DNA of 63,691 nt, the filler included, from Folioceros fuciformis (Eukaryota): assembly GCA_049999805.1 (NCBI GenBank). It is 11 parts of 11 records of this genome, joined end to end, with 100 filler letters (N's around TTAATTAATTAA, not from the genome) between each part and the next. Parts side by side here need not be neighbours in the genome. Positions count along the whole stretch, not along the records: positions 12,216 to 28,393 come from JBNGIO010001274.1; 10 more parts are not named here. One strand, given 5' to 3'. Shown piece by piece: positions 12,892 through 25,772 of this stretch. The first letter of the stretch is position 1, and each line of letters starts with the position of its first letter. The notes under the pieces are model-generated. The model was not told the origin of the DNA and made no database searches. It saw only the letters and a list, made by a program, of their open reading frames with translations. A program made the position numbers and the translations under genes.

Positions 12892-15483
12892 TCACCAAAA
12901 CAATGCTCTAGGGATAGAGCTGAACTTTTCCACCGGTGCAGACTGTTCCAGCAGCACGGACGCTTCCAAGCAGTCAGTGGCCTGGATTAGATGACCCGCC
13001 TCCTTGTGGATTACGCCCAACCGGAACCAAGCCACATGATTGGTTGGATCCACGTGCAGAGCATCAGTGAGGAAGCTTCGAGCGACAGCGAGAGATGACC
13101 CTCCCGCCTTGCCTATCAAAGCTCCCAATGCGATCTTGCTTGGAACGTAAGTAGAGTCTATGCCAAGAGCATTGCTATAAGCTGCCCTTGCATCCTGCAG
13201 CTCACCTCTGGCTTCATGCAGAACCCCTGGCAGTATACGACGTCCTTATTAGTTAGTAGTCGAGCGAAACGATGTTCCATCCGTTGCAACAAGGTGAGAC
13301 GGTGGGTGGAACTCATGGAGCATTGCTATAAACTGCCACATATAGCAGCAAGTTGCTAACCTGAGCAATGCCATGTAGCTGCAGAATGAGTTTTGATACC
13401 CTGTGCCTTCTCGATACAGATCTCTGCATCCCGCCATTGTTCAAGCGAAGTGTACACTGCTGCCAGATCTTGCCAGACCTCAACCTCTTCCACTTTTTCG
13501 GAGCCTTCCTGCACGTGCAAAAGCTTTCATACATATCGTTTGGGCACAGCGAAAGCTCTGTAAAAGTACTAGAAGACCGTCAGAGTCGTACCTTAAGTCT
13601 CCAATTTCCTGCTTCAAAGCTCTTCCTCTGGGCTTGGACCAACGCAAGCAAGGACCTATAAGTTTCGATGGCCTTCATTGGGTGCCTATCTGCCAGCTGA
13701 ACTTTTGCCTTGGAGCGCAGCAGGTTACCCTGCTCCCACCTTCCGGTTTCATCAATAGCTGCATCTAATGCCACCACTGCATCTTCGTACCTCTTCTGCG
13801 CAGACAAAATAAGGGCAAGGAGCCTCCACCCTTTCACTGAAGCTCCACCGCTGAGGTCCAGATACTTTTTGGCACAATCCAACGCTACATTCAGGTAACG
13901 TTGCTCCGCCAATGCAAGTCCCAGGTCAAAAACTACCCTTGCGTCATTCCTGCTCAAGGTTATGGCTTCATTCAAAGCCTTCAACGCTTCACTCTGTAGA
14001 CGAGTCCGTTCAGAATCCGAGGATGCCACTCGGGCATGCGATCCCAGGGCAACTCCAAGCACATGGAAGGCCATGCCTCTCAAGTACTCGTGGACTCCAG
14101 AAGCGTTCTCTACTGCACCTTGAGCATACTGGACACCTTCGCCTGCAAGATCTGGATCCTGTGCACAGAGTTTTGCAGCAAGAAGAAGTGAACAAACGTC
14201 ATTGGGCTTCTCTCTGTGTTGCACACATTTCCGAAGGAGATTGAGCGCAAATTTGTTCTGACAAGCTCCAGCAAAGCAAAGCCCCAAAATGTACCATCGA
14301 TCCGTCCTACTCAGTATTCCCGGCAGAATTTCCTCATACTGCTGTGCTAACACCCCAGATTGCCCACAAATGGACAAGGCAAAACTGAGATGCTCCATAA
14401 CAGTGGGATCCCAGCTGACTTTCCGAGCTGCCTGCTTCTTGTGCAGAATCAAGAGCAACAGTATGGCCTCCTCTACATTGTTTTTAGGGGTGAAAGCCCC
14501 TTCGCTCTGAAAGGCAAGACTTGGTGCCACTGCCTCGATACCTCCATACAGCAACAACATTGCAAAGCCCTTGTACAAACGTGCAGAGCATTCGGCATCA
14601 AGGTTCCAGGGACTCAGCAATGCTCTCCTGTATGCATTTATGGCATCTGTGTACAGACCTGCCTGCTTATAAAGCTCCGGCAGAAGCTCCACACACTTAG
14701 AAACAGTCTCTTGTAATTTTCCTTCACCCCATGCATCAGGAACCCCATCAGGCAGAGCGGCTTCAATAGTGTCAAGCACACTCTTACACTCTTGCCCAGC
14801 TTCTGCAATTCCAGGAGCAGAGTATGCATCAGAAGACATCTGTACGACAGGCTAGACAGAAAATCCCTCATCAGCATCAACTTCGCCATGCTCTACTGGT
14901 CAAGAAGCATAAACGGCCCGTAACCTGCACACATAAGAGAAACCGGCATACCATGGAGCTTGCCAAGCCTTTCAAACGACCTGGCTCTTAAAAACGTGGC
15001 TTCCAGCAACAAGCTTGCATCATGCACAGACTGTGGTTGCACAGACTCCTGCCTTCGGCCTCGCCGATGATGATGATAATGATGACGGCTCTTCTCTGTG
15101 GCAGACACTCTAAGCCGGGGCACAACGGAGGAAATATCAATCCCATCAAACACCTTAATGGCTGCTTCCACATTCCCCCTCTGAAACTCGAGTCTCCCAA
15201 GAAGCGCCCTGGCCACCTGCGAAGCCGATCCGTAAGCAAATCCATTTCCTCACGAAGAAACATTAAAAACGGAAAGTCAAAACCAAGTTACCTCATCGTT
15301 GAGAGAAAGGGCTTCTCTCAGGGAAGACTCCGCCTCCTCAATGTTGCCCTCGTCCAGCTTTGCTTCACCCTCCATGGCCTTGGCAGACATTCCACTACCG
15401 GAGACATGCTCGAGAGCCGCCATCTCCTCGGGCGGCTGCCCCTCGTCAAACTTGAATTGCTCCCTGGAGCAGCCACACAACAT
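12892..15483 (-). CDS. NPG1/NPGR-like TPR protein (TTC7/YPP1 family, PI4K complex scaffold), 5 exons
   Basis: Starts MLCGCSREQFKFDE, then EAKLDEGNIEEAESSLREALSLN, ARALLGRLEFQRGN, FTPKNNVEEAILLLL, WDPTVMEHLSFALS, GWRLLALILSAQKRY, and a C-terminal SAPVEKFS. Confidence 0.93.
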
Positions 15484-17426
15484 CTTCACACGGAGCAACG
15501 CGCAGGGCAGAAGAAGCCCGGATCAGACGCCTCCGGCATCCACAGCCTCCTCACTTTCACCTGACCATCCAGTGCACAGTGTGTCAACAGCGGCAACTGT
15601 TACGCCCGCAATTCGGCACCCCCGCTGATCTCATCTCATCACATGAGGTGCCGTAAAGCGAGTACGCATCATGCCGACCACAGGCACGGCGGGTGCTATT
15701 TACTCGGCTGGAAGTAGCCAATCCATTTCCAAGCAGGAAAAGGTCGGCCGGAGCATGAAATCTCAAGAAGCGTGATCTCATCTCAGCTGGACCCGGATCC
15801 GAAACAGAGCGCAAAGACGAAACAGAAACCTTTCGTTCTGCTTTCGTGCGTCCCGCAGGAGGTGCGAACTGTAGTCAAGTCGAGCAAAGGAAAGCAAAGG
15901 AAAAAAACAAAGCGGATTCCGGTCCAGATCAGGGGAACTGATGACCTGCCCACCCTAAAGCCTGCTCCCTGCTCAGCGTAGTGCGAGGGGTACGAGCCAG
16001 GCACGAATTCCGCAACTCAGACCGAAAGCAGAAAGCGGGCCGAGGCCGTGCGCATCATGAGAAGCGGTACAGAGTAACCAATGACCTGACACAAAAATTG
16101 AAAGCGCAGCACGGACAAAGAGAGCAGTTGCACAGCGTACATACCCCGCTTGCGACCGCCATCTCCGCTTTTAGGAACCACACCGTCTTGATCAGGTGTG
16201 GTCAGTATGTATTTGCCGCTCGCATCGATCCGCTGCTCGAAGCGCTCGTCGTAGGCCGTCCACCGCGCGTCGGTCGCCTATGAGATCCTGCGTCTGTCAG
16301 AGTCCTTCGATTTCCCGTCATGCGACAAAAACATACGTATTCACATTTGCAGGGAAACTAGTCATCCAGGATTTTTTTTGACTTTTTCCTTGCTTTTTCA
16401 AGGACGCGCAATGGCATCTCCAGTACATCCACATTATGGCTGTCATGCTCCAAATTTGGCAGCACAGCCGTTGAGGCCTTTGGACGCCACGCTAATCGAT
16501 ACCAGCGATGTGAGAGGAGCAGGAAATCCAACAGCTCGGAGCTCAACAAGTAGACTGGTGAGATTTTGCAGTAATGCTGTGTGGAAGCTTATCAGGGTAA
16601 CCAAATGCTGGGACACCGCATGAAGTCTGAAGAACACGTGCAGTTTCCCCATCGCTAACGATAAATGCAGTATCACCTGAAGGCTGAGCAACCTTTGAAG
16701 TGCACCAAGTCAGCTTGACGGAGAGCCCGGGGCCCCGGGCACATGTTGTACCTGCAAGAAAGGAGTCTGAATCCATTCCAAGCTATGTATGTACGTATGA
16801 GCTCAGGAACAGGGCACACAGTGGCATAGAAGCACCTCTGTCTGACATCGTTCTTGCTTGCATTGCTAGGGTCAAGCTTAGTCCTGCGGCTGCAATGAAG
16901 CCTTCCCAACGAACTGGCTCCTGTACGCTGCACCGTCTCTCAAAATATGATCCGCACGATGAGAGGTGATCGACGTCTCGTCTTATTTTACACGACGATG
17001 TAATTAGCGAGTAACGTCATGTCAGGCATGATCAAAGCATGGAGAAGCCGGCTTCAGTTCCTGACGGTTGTGAGGTCACCTCACGCACTTACTTTGTCAT
17101 CAGCTTAGGGAGATAATCTCTGGCGAAAGCTTCTCCTGGATTCATGGAGAGGAGAAATGAGCCTGCGGCTGCGATGGAGGCCCAAGAGCCTGGATGACTT
17201 CAAAGCAAAGTTGGTAGGGGAATCGACGTATGGAAGAAAGGCTACTAGGTACGCCAGAGCAAAACTGCGTCAGAGGGATGTGGTAGGACCAGAAATAAAG
17301 ACTTCGAACCGGAGCAATTCCTACACATCCTCAATCTTCTTGGCGGGACAAGCCATGTCGTCTCGCCTTGAGCTTGCAACCCAAGAGAGCGACAGGGCAG
17401 AGCAGAGGTCCTGACAACGCACATCG

Positions 17427-19150
17427 ATGGGCGTGGTGGTGGTGCAGCTGGGACAGGCCGGCAACCAGCTGGGCGGCAGCTTCTTCAACGTGCTAGCCAG
17501 CAATGGGCTCACAGCGCACGCCAATGCCAATTCCGACTTCTTCCGCCAAAGCCAGGACACGAAAAGCAGTAGCCATTCCAGCAGGATAGTGGCACGCGCC
17601 GTGCTGGTGGACATGGAGCCCAAGGTAATCGCTGTTTCTCTCAGGAAAGCTGTGAGCAGCAGCGGCCCCGCACACGGCTCCGTCCCCTGGACCTACTCAC
17701 CCAAGAACGTGATAGCGGAGGAGAGCGGATCGGGCAACAACTGGGCTCGGGGGTACTACCAACACGGGCCCAGCAGCCGAGACGCAGTCCTGGAAGCCGT
17801 GCGACTGGAGGTAGCACGCTGCCTGTTTTCTTCACCTTTCCCTCTGCTTCTGCATCCCTATCTGCTCTGCCAACTCCCCGGGATCTACACTCTGCACCTC
17901 AGGTGGAGGAGATGGACAAGTTCAGCGGCTTCGTGACGATGCAGAGCATGGCTGGAGGCACTGGAGCTGGACTCGGTAGGTGGGTTGGCATCCATACTCC
18001 CAGAAAGCGATCCTTCATCTTCTCCTCGTCCACGGTCATGGCCGTCCTCAAACCCTCAACCTCTTGGCCTGTTGGAAGCACAGGATCATACGTGGTGGAG
18101 GCTCTCAAGGACGAGTACCCGTCCGCCTGCATCCTCAGCAACTGCATCTGGCCGTACGAGAGCGGGGAGGTCATAGTGCAGAGCTACAACGTGCTTCTCA
18201 CACTATCCCATCTCCAGGCTTCGGCTGACGCCGTGGTGCTCCTGCAAAATGAGGCCCTCAGCAGCAGCTGCAAAAGGACGCTGGGAATCGAGCGCCCGTC
18301 CTTCGATGACATGAACCACGTGGCCACTCAAGCTCTGGCGGCCGTGCTGTCACCGGCTTTCTTCAGGCCAGCCGCTCCCTCCGGTGCACCTCCTCCTTCC
18401 CGGACCCGGGCTGCGAGGATAAAGACAGCCGCAACTCCACCAGCCGCACCTGCTCCCACCTCTGCTCCCAATACCACCAAGGTTCACGTTCTTCCAGACC
18501 TGGTGTCGCTCTTGTGCTCGCACCCATGCTTTCGGATGCTCACATTGCGCTTCGCACCTCAGGCAAGCCGGCCTAAACCACACACATAATTTCTGCCGTG
18601 AATCAGCCCTCCAAACATCAGCCCATCATGCTTCCTGTCCATGTCATTGCAGGTTGCAGCCAAATGTGTGGACTTCACCAGCTTTTCTTGGGAATCGGAG
18701 CTGAAGCAAGTGCGACACTGGCTCAACAGGAACGCGCTGAGGGAAGTGGAGATAGCACCTTCCTCGCAGCGGAAAGGTGAGCAGACACAGGCCGGGGCTC
18801 GCTCTGTGGATCGCTGCGTAGCCAACATGCTGGTGTTGAGGGGCCCAGGAAGCCAGCAGCCTGACCTCACACCGTTTGCTGATTCCAGCCTCTACCCCAT
18901 CTGGTCTGTGGATCCCCTCGCGGCTGCTTACCATCCCGCCCACTTCCGGAGGCATGAAATATCCATAGGCTTGCTCAGCAACTGTCAGTCTACCCTTGTT
19001 CCAGCCATCCGCCTACTGTCAAGTGCTTACACCATGTACTCCTCCAAAGCATACCTGCACCAGTACTTCGAACATGGCATGGACGAACCCACCTTCGAAG
19101 CAGCATTCGCCACAGTGGAGGATCTTGTGACTAGCTATCTTACCCTCTGA
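17427..19150 (+). CDS. TUBD1: Delta-tubulin, 4 exons (last intron GC-AG)
   Basis: MGVVVVQLGQAGNQLG, ARAVLVDMEPKVI, SGSGNNWARGY, QSMAGGTGAGLG, WPYESGEVIVQSYNVLLTLSHL and SKAYLHQY; no acidic tail. These are delta-specific signatures. Confidence 0.93.
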
Positions 19151-19340
19151 TCCTGCACTGTTAACGAAGAACCTTACTCAAAGGCACGTGGTGTCAAAAC
19201 ATTCCACTCTCGCTCAGCAAAAGAAAAAGACTCAAACACAGAAAACATCACGTCACATCTCAAGACTGATAGGGCTGAGACTGTTCTGAGAATCAAGCCG
19301 TTGGATTATCGTCACTGGCGAGAGCCCGGGTATGCATGGA

Positions 19341-19519
19341 CTTCCTTCCTCGGCTATGGATGGAGGTACTTTCTTGGTGAAGGCCTTGGATCTCTACCGA
19401 ACGCGCTGCGCTGGCAAGGCGTGGCCGCCATGTGATGGTAGTCAAGTCAGTCAGCTCCATGAGGTTTCTCTTACTCAGAGTTGCTTAGCTTTCTGGGAAT
19501 CTTTGGTGGGTAGTACTTC
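19341..19519 (+). pseudogene. Dispersed decayed copy of an SSII exon plus following intron
   Basis: TCTTGGTGA..TTGGATCTCTACC..GCGCTGGCAAGGCGTGGCCGCCATGTGATGGTAGTCA..TCAGTCAGCTCC..TTTCTCTTACTCA aligns by eye with 7012-7150. Confidence 0.85.
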
Positions 19520-20158
19520 TGTGACCGATAGTCTTCCAAATGGGTTTAGGATTAGTCTTTCAAGGGTTTCGGGTTAGTCTTTCAAAACTTTGAGATGTCT
19601 TCGTTTATGGTCTTTTCAATCTAGTCTCTTATATATTTTTAAAAAATAAGATGAAAACTCATCTAGAAGGAGATAAACCATGATAAAAGACACTAAGGGT
19701 GTGACCTCCCATTTTTCATGTTGTGGACTGCCTTAGCATAAGACTTAAAAACTTGGATAAAGTTGTGTCCAATTTACAGGGTTTAGGGTTTACAACCCTA
19801 AACATCTGGCACCCTCTAGTTGTCAGATATCCTGCACGTCGCACTGCCAAACTCCCTCGATGGGATTGGAAAACTTGGTCATTACCAAGTAATAGAAATG
19901 AACAAACTTCCACTAACCCATAGTGGCTCCTTGTGACGCATCCCAGATTGCAGTGTTGCCATCCTCACTTTGCGCTCGCAGAACGCCGAGAAGGAGCCTG
20001 GATGTGCTGAGACTCCTCTGCGACATCGGGATTTTCTGCCATGATCAAAATTGGAAGGTTGGGCATACCCCTCACTTTTTCCACAAAAAGCTTCCCAGGC
20101 TACTATTTTGACAACTATATCGAGGCCAGACCTCCACAACCTACTATTTGTGGTCACG
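19520..20158. mobile_element. Possible solo LTR / small non-autonomous insertion
   Basis: AT-richer block that starts TGTGACCGATAG and ends CTATTTGTGGTCACG (imperfect terminal inverted match). A second TGTGACC occurs near 19700. No clear TSD. Confidence 0.35.
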
Positions 20159-20199
20159 TAATATAGGTTTTAATGGGCAGGTGTTGCTGAGAAGGGCAG

Positions 20200-22881
20200 A
20201 TGGCCGCTGCGATGACTACGGCCTATGGCAACAATGTTATCTGCCTCCTCACGGATCCGGAGGGCAGACCTCTCGGCTCCCAGCTTGACTTGCCACAGGA
20301 TGCGGGACCCCGTGAGCTGCAGATGCTCATAAATACTCTGCTTGATAATGTAAGGGGCTCTGATTTGATCCCGCGCCTTTCTGCATCATTTCCTGCTACC
20401 GTGTAAGCTGGATTTCGGCATGTGGTTGATTTACGTATGTGAATCGGGGTGTGTGATGTCAACTGTAACTCTTGCAAGTTGTGACCATAGAAATTGTCAT
20501 GTGAATCAGGAAGAAAAGCTGCCATATGCGTTCTACGTCAATGATGAGGAACTGGTCGGCCAACTTGGAGCTCATTTGTTGAAAAACCAAGGTTTGATGC
20601 ACTTGATTTTGAAGAGTCGCTGAAAGGTTTCTGGTGGGCGTGCTCTTCTCTGACTCTGCCTCATGTCTTTTTGAACCTTTTCAGTATCCGTTGAGCAGGT
20701 TCTCCGCATTGTCTATCAGCCCCAGGCTGTGTTCCGAATTCGCCCTGTAACTCGTTGCTCAGCAACTATAGCTGGTCAGTGAGAAGCCGATTGTCCTGCG
20801 GGGCCTTGCCTGCGTTTGTCTGTGATTTAGAACCATCGTTCGGCGCTAACCAGTTCTCAACTCATGTTTGTGTTACAGGTCATACAGAGGCTGTATTGTC
20901 GGTATCCTTCAGTCCAGACAGTAGGCAGCTGGCCAGTGGCTCTGGTGATACAACGGTGAGGTTTTGGGATATTTATACACAGACTCCACTTCATACTGGG
21001 ACAGGTAGGGTAGTAGCTGTGAAATGATGGCTTTTGTATGAGCAGTTGCAAGTTTACCTCTGTTCAGGTTGCCTCCAAAGGGAATTTTTTCAACAACTCT
21101 TGCTAGCACTGATGCCGCCCCGCTCGTTGGTACAGCACACAAGAACTGGGTTCTCTGCATTGCTTGGTCACCAGATGGCAAGCAACTGGCAAGTGGCAGC
21201 AAAGACGGGGAGATCAGGCTTTGGGATCCAGCCACTGGCAAGGCAGTTGGAAGTGCATTGCAGGTATGTACCTTTGGCTCCTTCTTGCTTCTTTTGTTTG
21301 AGCTGTCCAAGCACTACGCTTGCTGTTTCTGGTGGATGGCTCACTTGGTGGATCTTGTATTATTCTTTTGACCAGGGCCATAAAAAGTGGATTACCGCTC
21401 TTGCATGGGAGCCTGTGCATATTCAGGCTCCTTGTCGGCGTTTTGCGAGCGCCAGTAAGGATGGTGACATCAGAATCTGGGATACCGTGACACGGAAAAC
21501 TATGATCTGTTTGACAGGTCACACTCTATCAGTCACCAGTGTGAAGTGGAGCGGCGACGGGCTCATATACTCAAGGTATGAGGGGAGCCTGTAAAGTTCA
21601 ATATATGGTGGAGCTTTTATTCGGTATGGGAGGTGATCTCTGTTTTTGACGATTGTAGCTCACAGGACTGCACAATTAAAGTGTGGGAGACCTCCCAGGG
21701 CAAATTAGTTAGGGAACTTAAGGTACGTGTGTCGTGTCCATGTGTTGCAGTGCTTTGCCTTGTTTGCTGAGTGAGGTTCTCAGGATCCTTGGTCACACAT
21801 TGTTTGTGATTTAGGGTCATGGACATTGGGTAAACACCTTAGCTCTCAGCACGGAATATGTGTTAAGGACTGGGCCATTTGATCACTCGAAGGTGGAGTA
21901 TGCAACAGCCGAGGAGATGAAGAAGGTAGTCACTCACGTGAATATAGGATCATCTTGTGGCGGTCTTGTCGATGTAGTGGCAAAATATTGCTCCTCACGT
22001 TAACTTGTAGTGTTCTAACCACAAACAACAAAACCCCCTGTAGGCAGCATTGGTAAGGTACACGGCAGCCAAGCGGGACTCACCTGACAGATTAGTCTCA
22101 GGGTCAGATGACTTCACAATGTTCATGTGGGAACCAGCAACCACAAAGCAACCGAAAGCTCGAATGACAGGACATCAGCAGGTACTTGCTTCAAACTTTC
22201 AACATCGCTTCACAAGCTCTGAAACTTGCCTTGGCTCTAGAATGGCCTTTTCGTTTCTAATCCATTTGATTCATTGTACTGGCTGCAGCTAGTGAACCAC
22301 GTGTACTTTTCCCCGGATGGTCGATGGGTTGCAAGCGGATCGTTTGACAAGTCGGTGAGACTATGGGATGGGTACTCGGGAAAATTTGTGGCCACATTTC
22401 GAGGTCATGTAGGACCCGTCTATCAGATCTGGTCAGTCATCACCCCTCATAGATTCTCTTTGTTTTGCGACTACGTTCTTGTCTAACCAGGACGTTTGGC
22501 TTCTGAGCAGCTGGTCAGCGGACAGCCGACTTTTGCTAAGTGGGAGTAAAGATTCAACTCTTAAGGTAGATTGTTGTGCAAAACTAATTGTTGTTTAGGT
22601 TGAGGAAATTTGGAGTGGAATTGCTAAGCATTTGCTTGTGATGAACAGATTTGGGACATGCAAACTAAAAAGCTAAGAGAAGACCTTCCAGGACACGCTG
22701 ATGAGGTGAGGACTTGTTGTGCTGTCTGTCTGGTCAAGTCGAAGGGATATGATGTGTGCGACGACTTACTTATTCGCCGTGGTTAATGCTAATGCAGGTG
22801 TTTGCAGTCGACTGGAGTCCTGATGGACAGAAGGTCGCATCGGGAGGGAGGGATAGAGTGCTAAAACTTTGGATGAGCTAA
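20200..22881 (+). CDS. NLE1: Notchless homolog (NLE1/Rsa4; ubiquitin-like NLE domain + WD40), multi-exon
   Basis: LLTDPEG..G, EEKLPYAFYVND, VEQVLRIVYQPQAVFRIRPVTRCS, GHTEAVLSVSFSPD, GHKKWITALAWEP, RLVSGSDDFTMFMW, RMTGHQQLVNHV, DLPGHADEVFAVDWSPDG, and a C-terminal VLKLWMS*. Confidence 0.96.
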
Positions 22882-23076
22882 CAGTTTCCGGAGATAGTGC
22901 GATTGGCTTTGGCAAGCAATTCTGAAATTTTGTAGCTTATAGTTCTGGCTTTTGGGTTCATGATGCGTGAATGCATAGCTGGTGAGTTCACAGTTCGTAA
23001 TTATAGGCGATCCTTACCTTATAGAAAAGAGCCGGTCGTAGTGTTTGCGGTGAGCTTTGAGCGCAGTGGCCTACAT

Positions 23077-25084
23077 TCAAGTACCTTTATCACGTGGTTG
23101 CCAGGATGTTCTCTGGCAATGCAATATTTTATCTTTGCCCATGGGCCCACTCTCTGTGTCATCTATGTGCGTTTTCCAATGAAAAGATTCGGCAATACTC
23201 CTGATTATCAGGATTGCTGGCTTCTGTTCACGGATGATAGCAAAGCCTCCAGGTCGTAGCAAGCGGTGCATCTCCAAAACGATGTCCCTCCACGAACACC
23301 TGCACCAAGCAGGGATCAGAAGCAAAGGTTTTTTTTGCAAACGTCAAACGGGGAAGGGGAAGCCAGACATGTGTCACTGCAAGTTTTGCACCTTACCTGT
23401 GAGGGAAAGAAAATAAGCGTGAGGCATGTAACATGTCAAAAGAATGTTGTCGGACTGGTACAGATTCACACCTTCACAGGCACCGCTGACCAATGGGTTA
23501 TCTGCAGTTCCAAAGGGTGATAGGCATGTTCCCAAGAAAGAAGCCGTGAGTGCAAGACTGACCAGTCATGATATATTCCGAGGAGTCCACGATCCAGAAT
23601 TACGGGCAAACGGTCCGGACCGTCCACGGGAATGGCACTCAGCACCCACCATGGGATGGGGGGGTTCTGTAGGGCTACCGCTGCTGCAAATCTGAGGTAT
23701 GGATGTGAGCGACATGACTGTTAGGGACAAAACATGGTACTCGATGTTGCACTAGCCGGGAGGCAGGCAATGACCCTCACCCTCCATATCCTGCATTCAT
23801 GTCCATAACGTTGTGTATGTCGTTGATGCGAGCCGGGCCAAATCCACGCAGATAGAAGCTGGTGATCATCCTCCAGTAGTTGGTATCAGCTTCATACACC
23901 TCTGACTTTGCAGACTGTATCCCTGCAGCAGGAGCATCTTTCAACCGTGGAGGAGGGTTTAGTATCCGCAGTCTCCAATCTTCTTCCGGTGCCTGAGTCT
24001 GCTCGTGTATTCCCATGATGCATGGCTGTAGAGGGACATTCCTAAAAGACCAGCATCGTCACACAACAAAACAAAACAAGACCAGGTCCCCTTCCCAAGT
24101 ACCCGACTCGGATACAAGGACACCCGTCCAGTACGCACCAAGCAGCATCGAGTGGGAGTTTTGCACTGTCACAAAATGCTGTAGCCCGAGATGAGGTCAC
24201 GTTGTAGCATTCGGTATCACTGGGCTTCTTCCACACAGCCAATCCATCCTCCTCTGCAACGAGATCCCAGCAGATGCTGCGTGCTAGCTTCACAGCTTCT
24301 GCCTCAGGAGCCACAAAATGCAGTTCAACCAGCTGAGGATTTCAGTACTTGGTCATGGTTGTGACGGAGAATGGTTCCAGTACCTGGCCAACCATCCCGA
24401 CTCCCAGGTTGCTGCTTAGCATACAAGAAGAACCCTCCTGCTCGGAGAATGCGATCTGCTTCCAGCAGAAGCAGACTTCCTGATCCCGAGACAGTTCAGG
24501 TCAAGTCAGGGAGCTGCGCATGCCAATCATTTTCCATGCATCGTTAGCGTTGAATGCAAATCATTATAGGTGTACCGTTCTTCAGCCATGTGAGACTGCA
24601 AGTTGAACAGTGGAGCAGGTCAAATGCCTGGCTGGAGTAAGGCAACCGATGGGAGGAGAAATGCTGCACAAGCGTCGGGTGAGCCCTTTGCATGACTTGC
24701 TGTGCTCCGTTGTCAGCAATTGACAATGTGAGGACCCCTCGATCTTCCAGGGGTGCAGAAAGACCTCCGTTGCCAATTTCAAGAACCAGCTTCGTCTTTC
24801 TCCCCAATCTCAGTCCAGGAATCAGCTGACAGGCATCCGTCGCAACACCTCATAATCAAAATTGTGCTGTGTCTGCCGCAATTTCGAAACAGTTGAAAAT
24901 TGTTCACGCATCAACAAGTTTCCGAGTTTACCTCCTCCAAGTAATCAGGATACTTGCTTAGATGTCCAGCCCGCCTCCCCGCGTTACCGGAGGCCGCTTT
25001 ACGTTCGACCTGGTTGGCTTCAGCTCCGAGTGCAAGGGAGAAAAAGAGGAGAAACAGGGAGACCTGGCGAATCTTCCGCTCCAT
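23077..25084 (-). CDS. Putative pectin/SAM-dependent methyltransferase (PMT, DUF248/Methyltransf_29), divergent; 5' end uncertain (may extend to ~25500)
   Basis: RLPYSSQAFDLLHCS, LLLEADRILRAGG, ICWDLVA..AVWKKP, NVMDMNAGYGGFAAAV, DRGLLGIYHDW and LEMHRLLRPGGFAIIR. Confidence 0.85.
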
Positions 25085-25772
25085 CGCGCTCTACCACGTC
25101 AAGGTGGTTCCGTCATGTAGACAGGACCAGAATCACTGTGCATTCCCAGCGATAGGTGGAATGTTTGTGATATTAGACGCAGGAAGCCAGGCATTGCAGT
25201 CTGGCAAGGAAGAAGAAGTTGGCATCGGGCTGGGAGAATTCCATCTTGCAGGAATCCAGTTGCATGCAATTTTTTTCCCCTACCAAGATCAAGTTGCCAC
25301 GAGAAGGAGCTGAAGGTGGCGTTATTGCTAGTACATGTGAAGAACGTACTGTTGTCATATTAGAACAGAACACGAAAATGATCGCCACACGCGTACCGTT
25401 TCTGTAGGCACGCGACGGTGCTAACCACCGACAAGCTGCGACTTGGGTACGATGGAATTCGGTCTGTACCAGTAGACTGCGTATGCACGTCTGGATCGGA
25501 GAACGGAACTCAGACGAACCCACCAGCTTGAAGAGATAAATTGAGTGAAATAATGTTAAACAATTTAATGCTTCATTTTGATGGCTAACTAGTTGTACAC
25601 TAGATCAAAATGAAAAAAATTGCCAGCAAAGCATGCCTGAGACCTTCAGGTGCATGGCATGCAGCAAGGAAAGCAATGAAAGCCCAGCCATCAGGCAAGG
25701 CGTTTTCTTATCGTCCACATGGCGCTTCCTCGTTGGTTGTGCCACACTTCATTGTTGGTTGCCGCTAGCCGG

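Noticed and set aside
16300..16970. LRR-like phrase (LQNLTSLL..LTSLVSI) upstream of the NPG-like gene
   Set aside because: Too short and irregular to support an LRR gene or pseudogene without a search.
19772..19802. TTTAGGG / CCCTAAA words as interstitial telomere
   Set aside because: Only one or two units; these are common telo-box-like words in plant LTRs and promoters.
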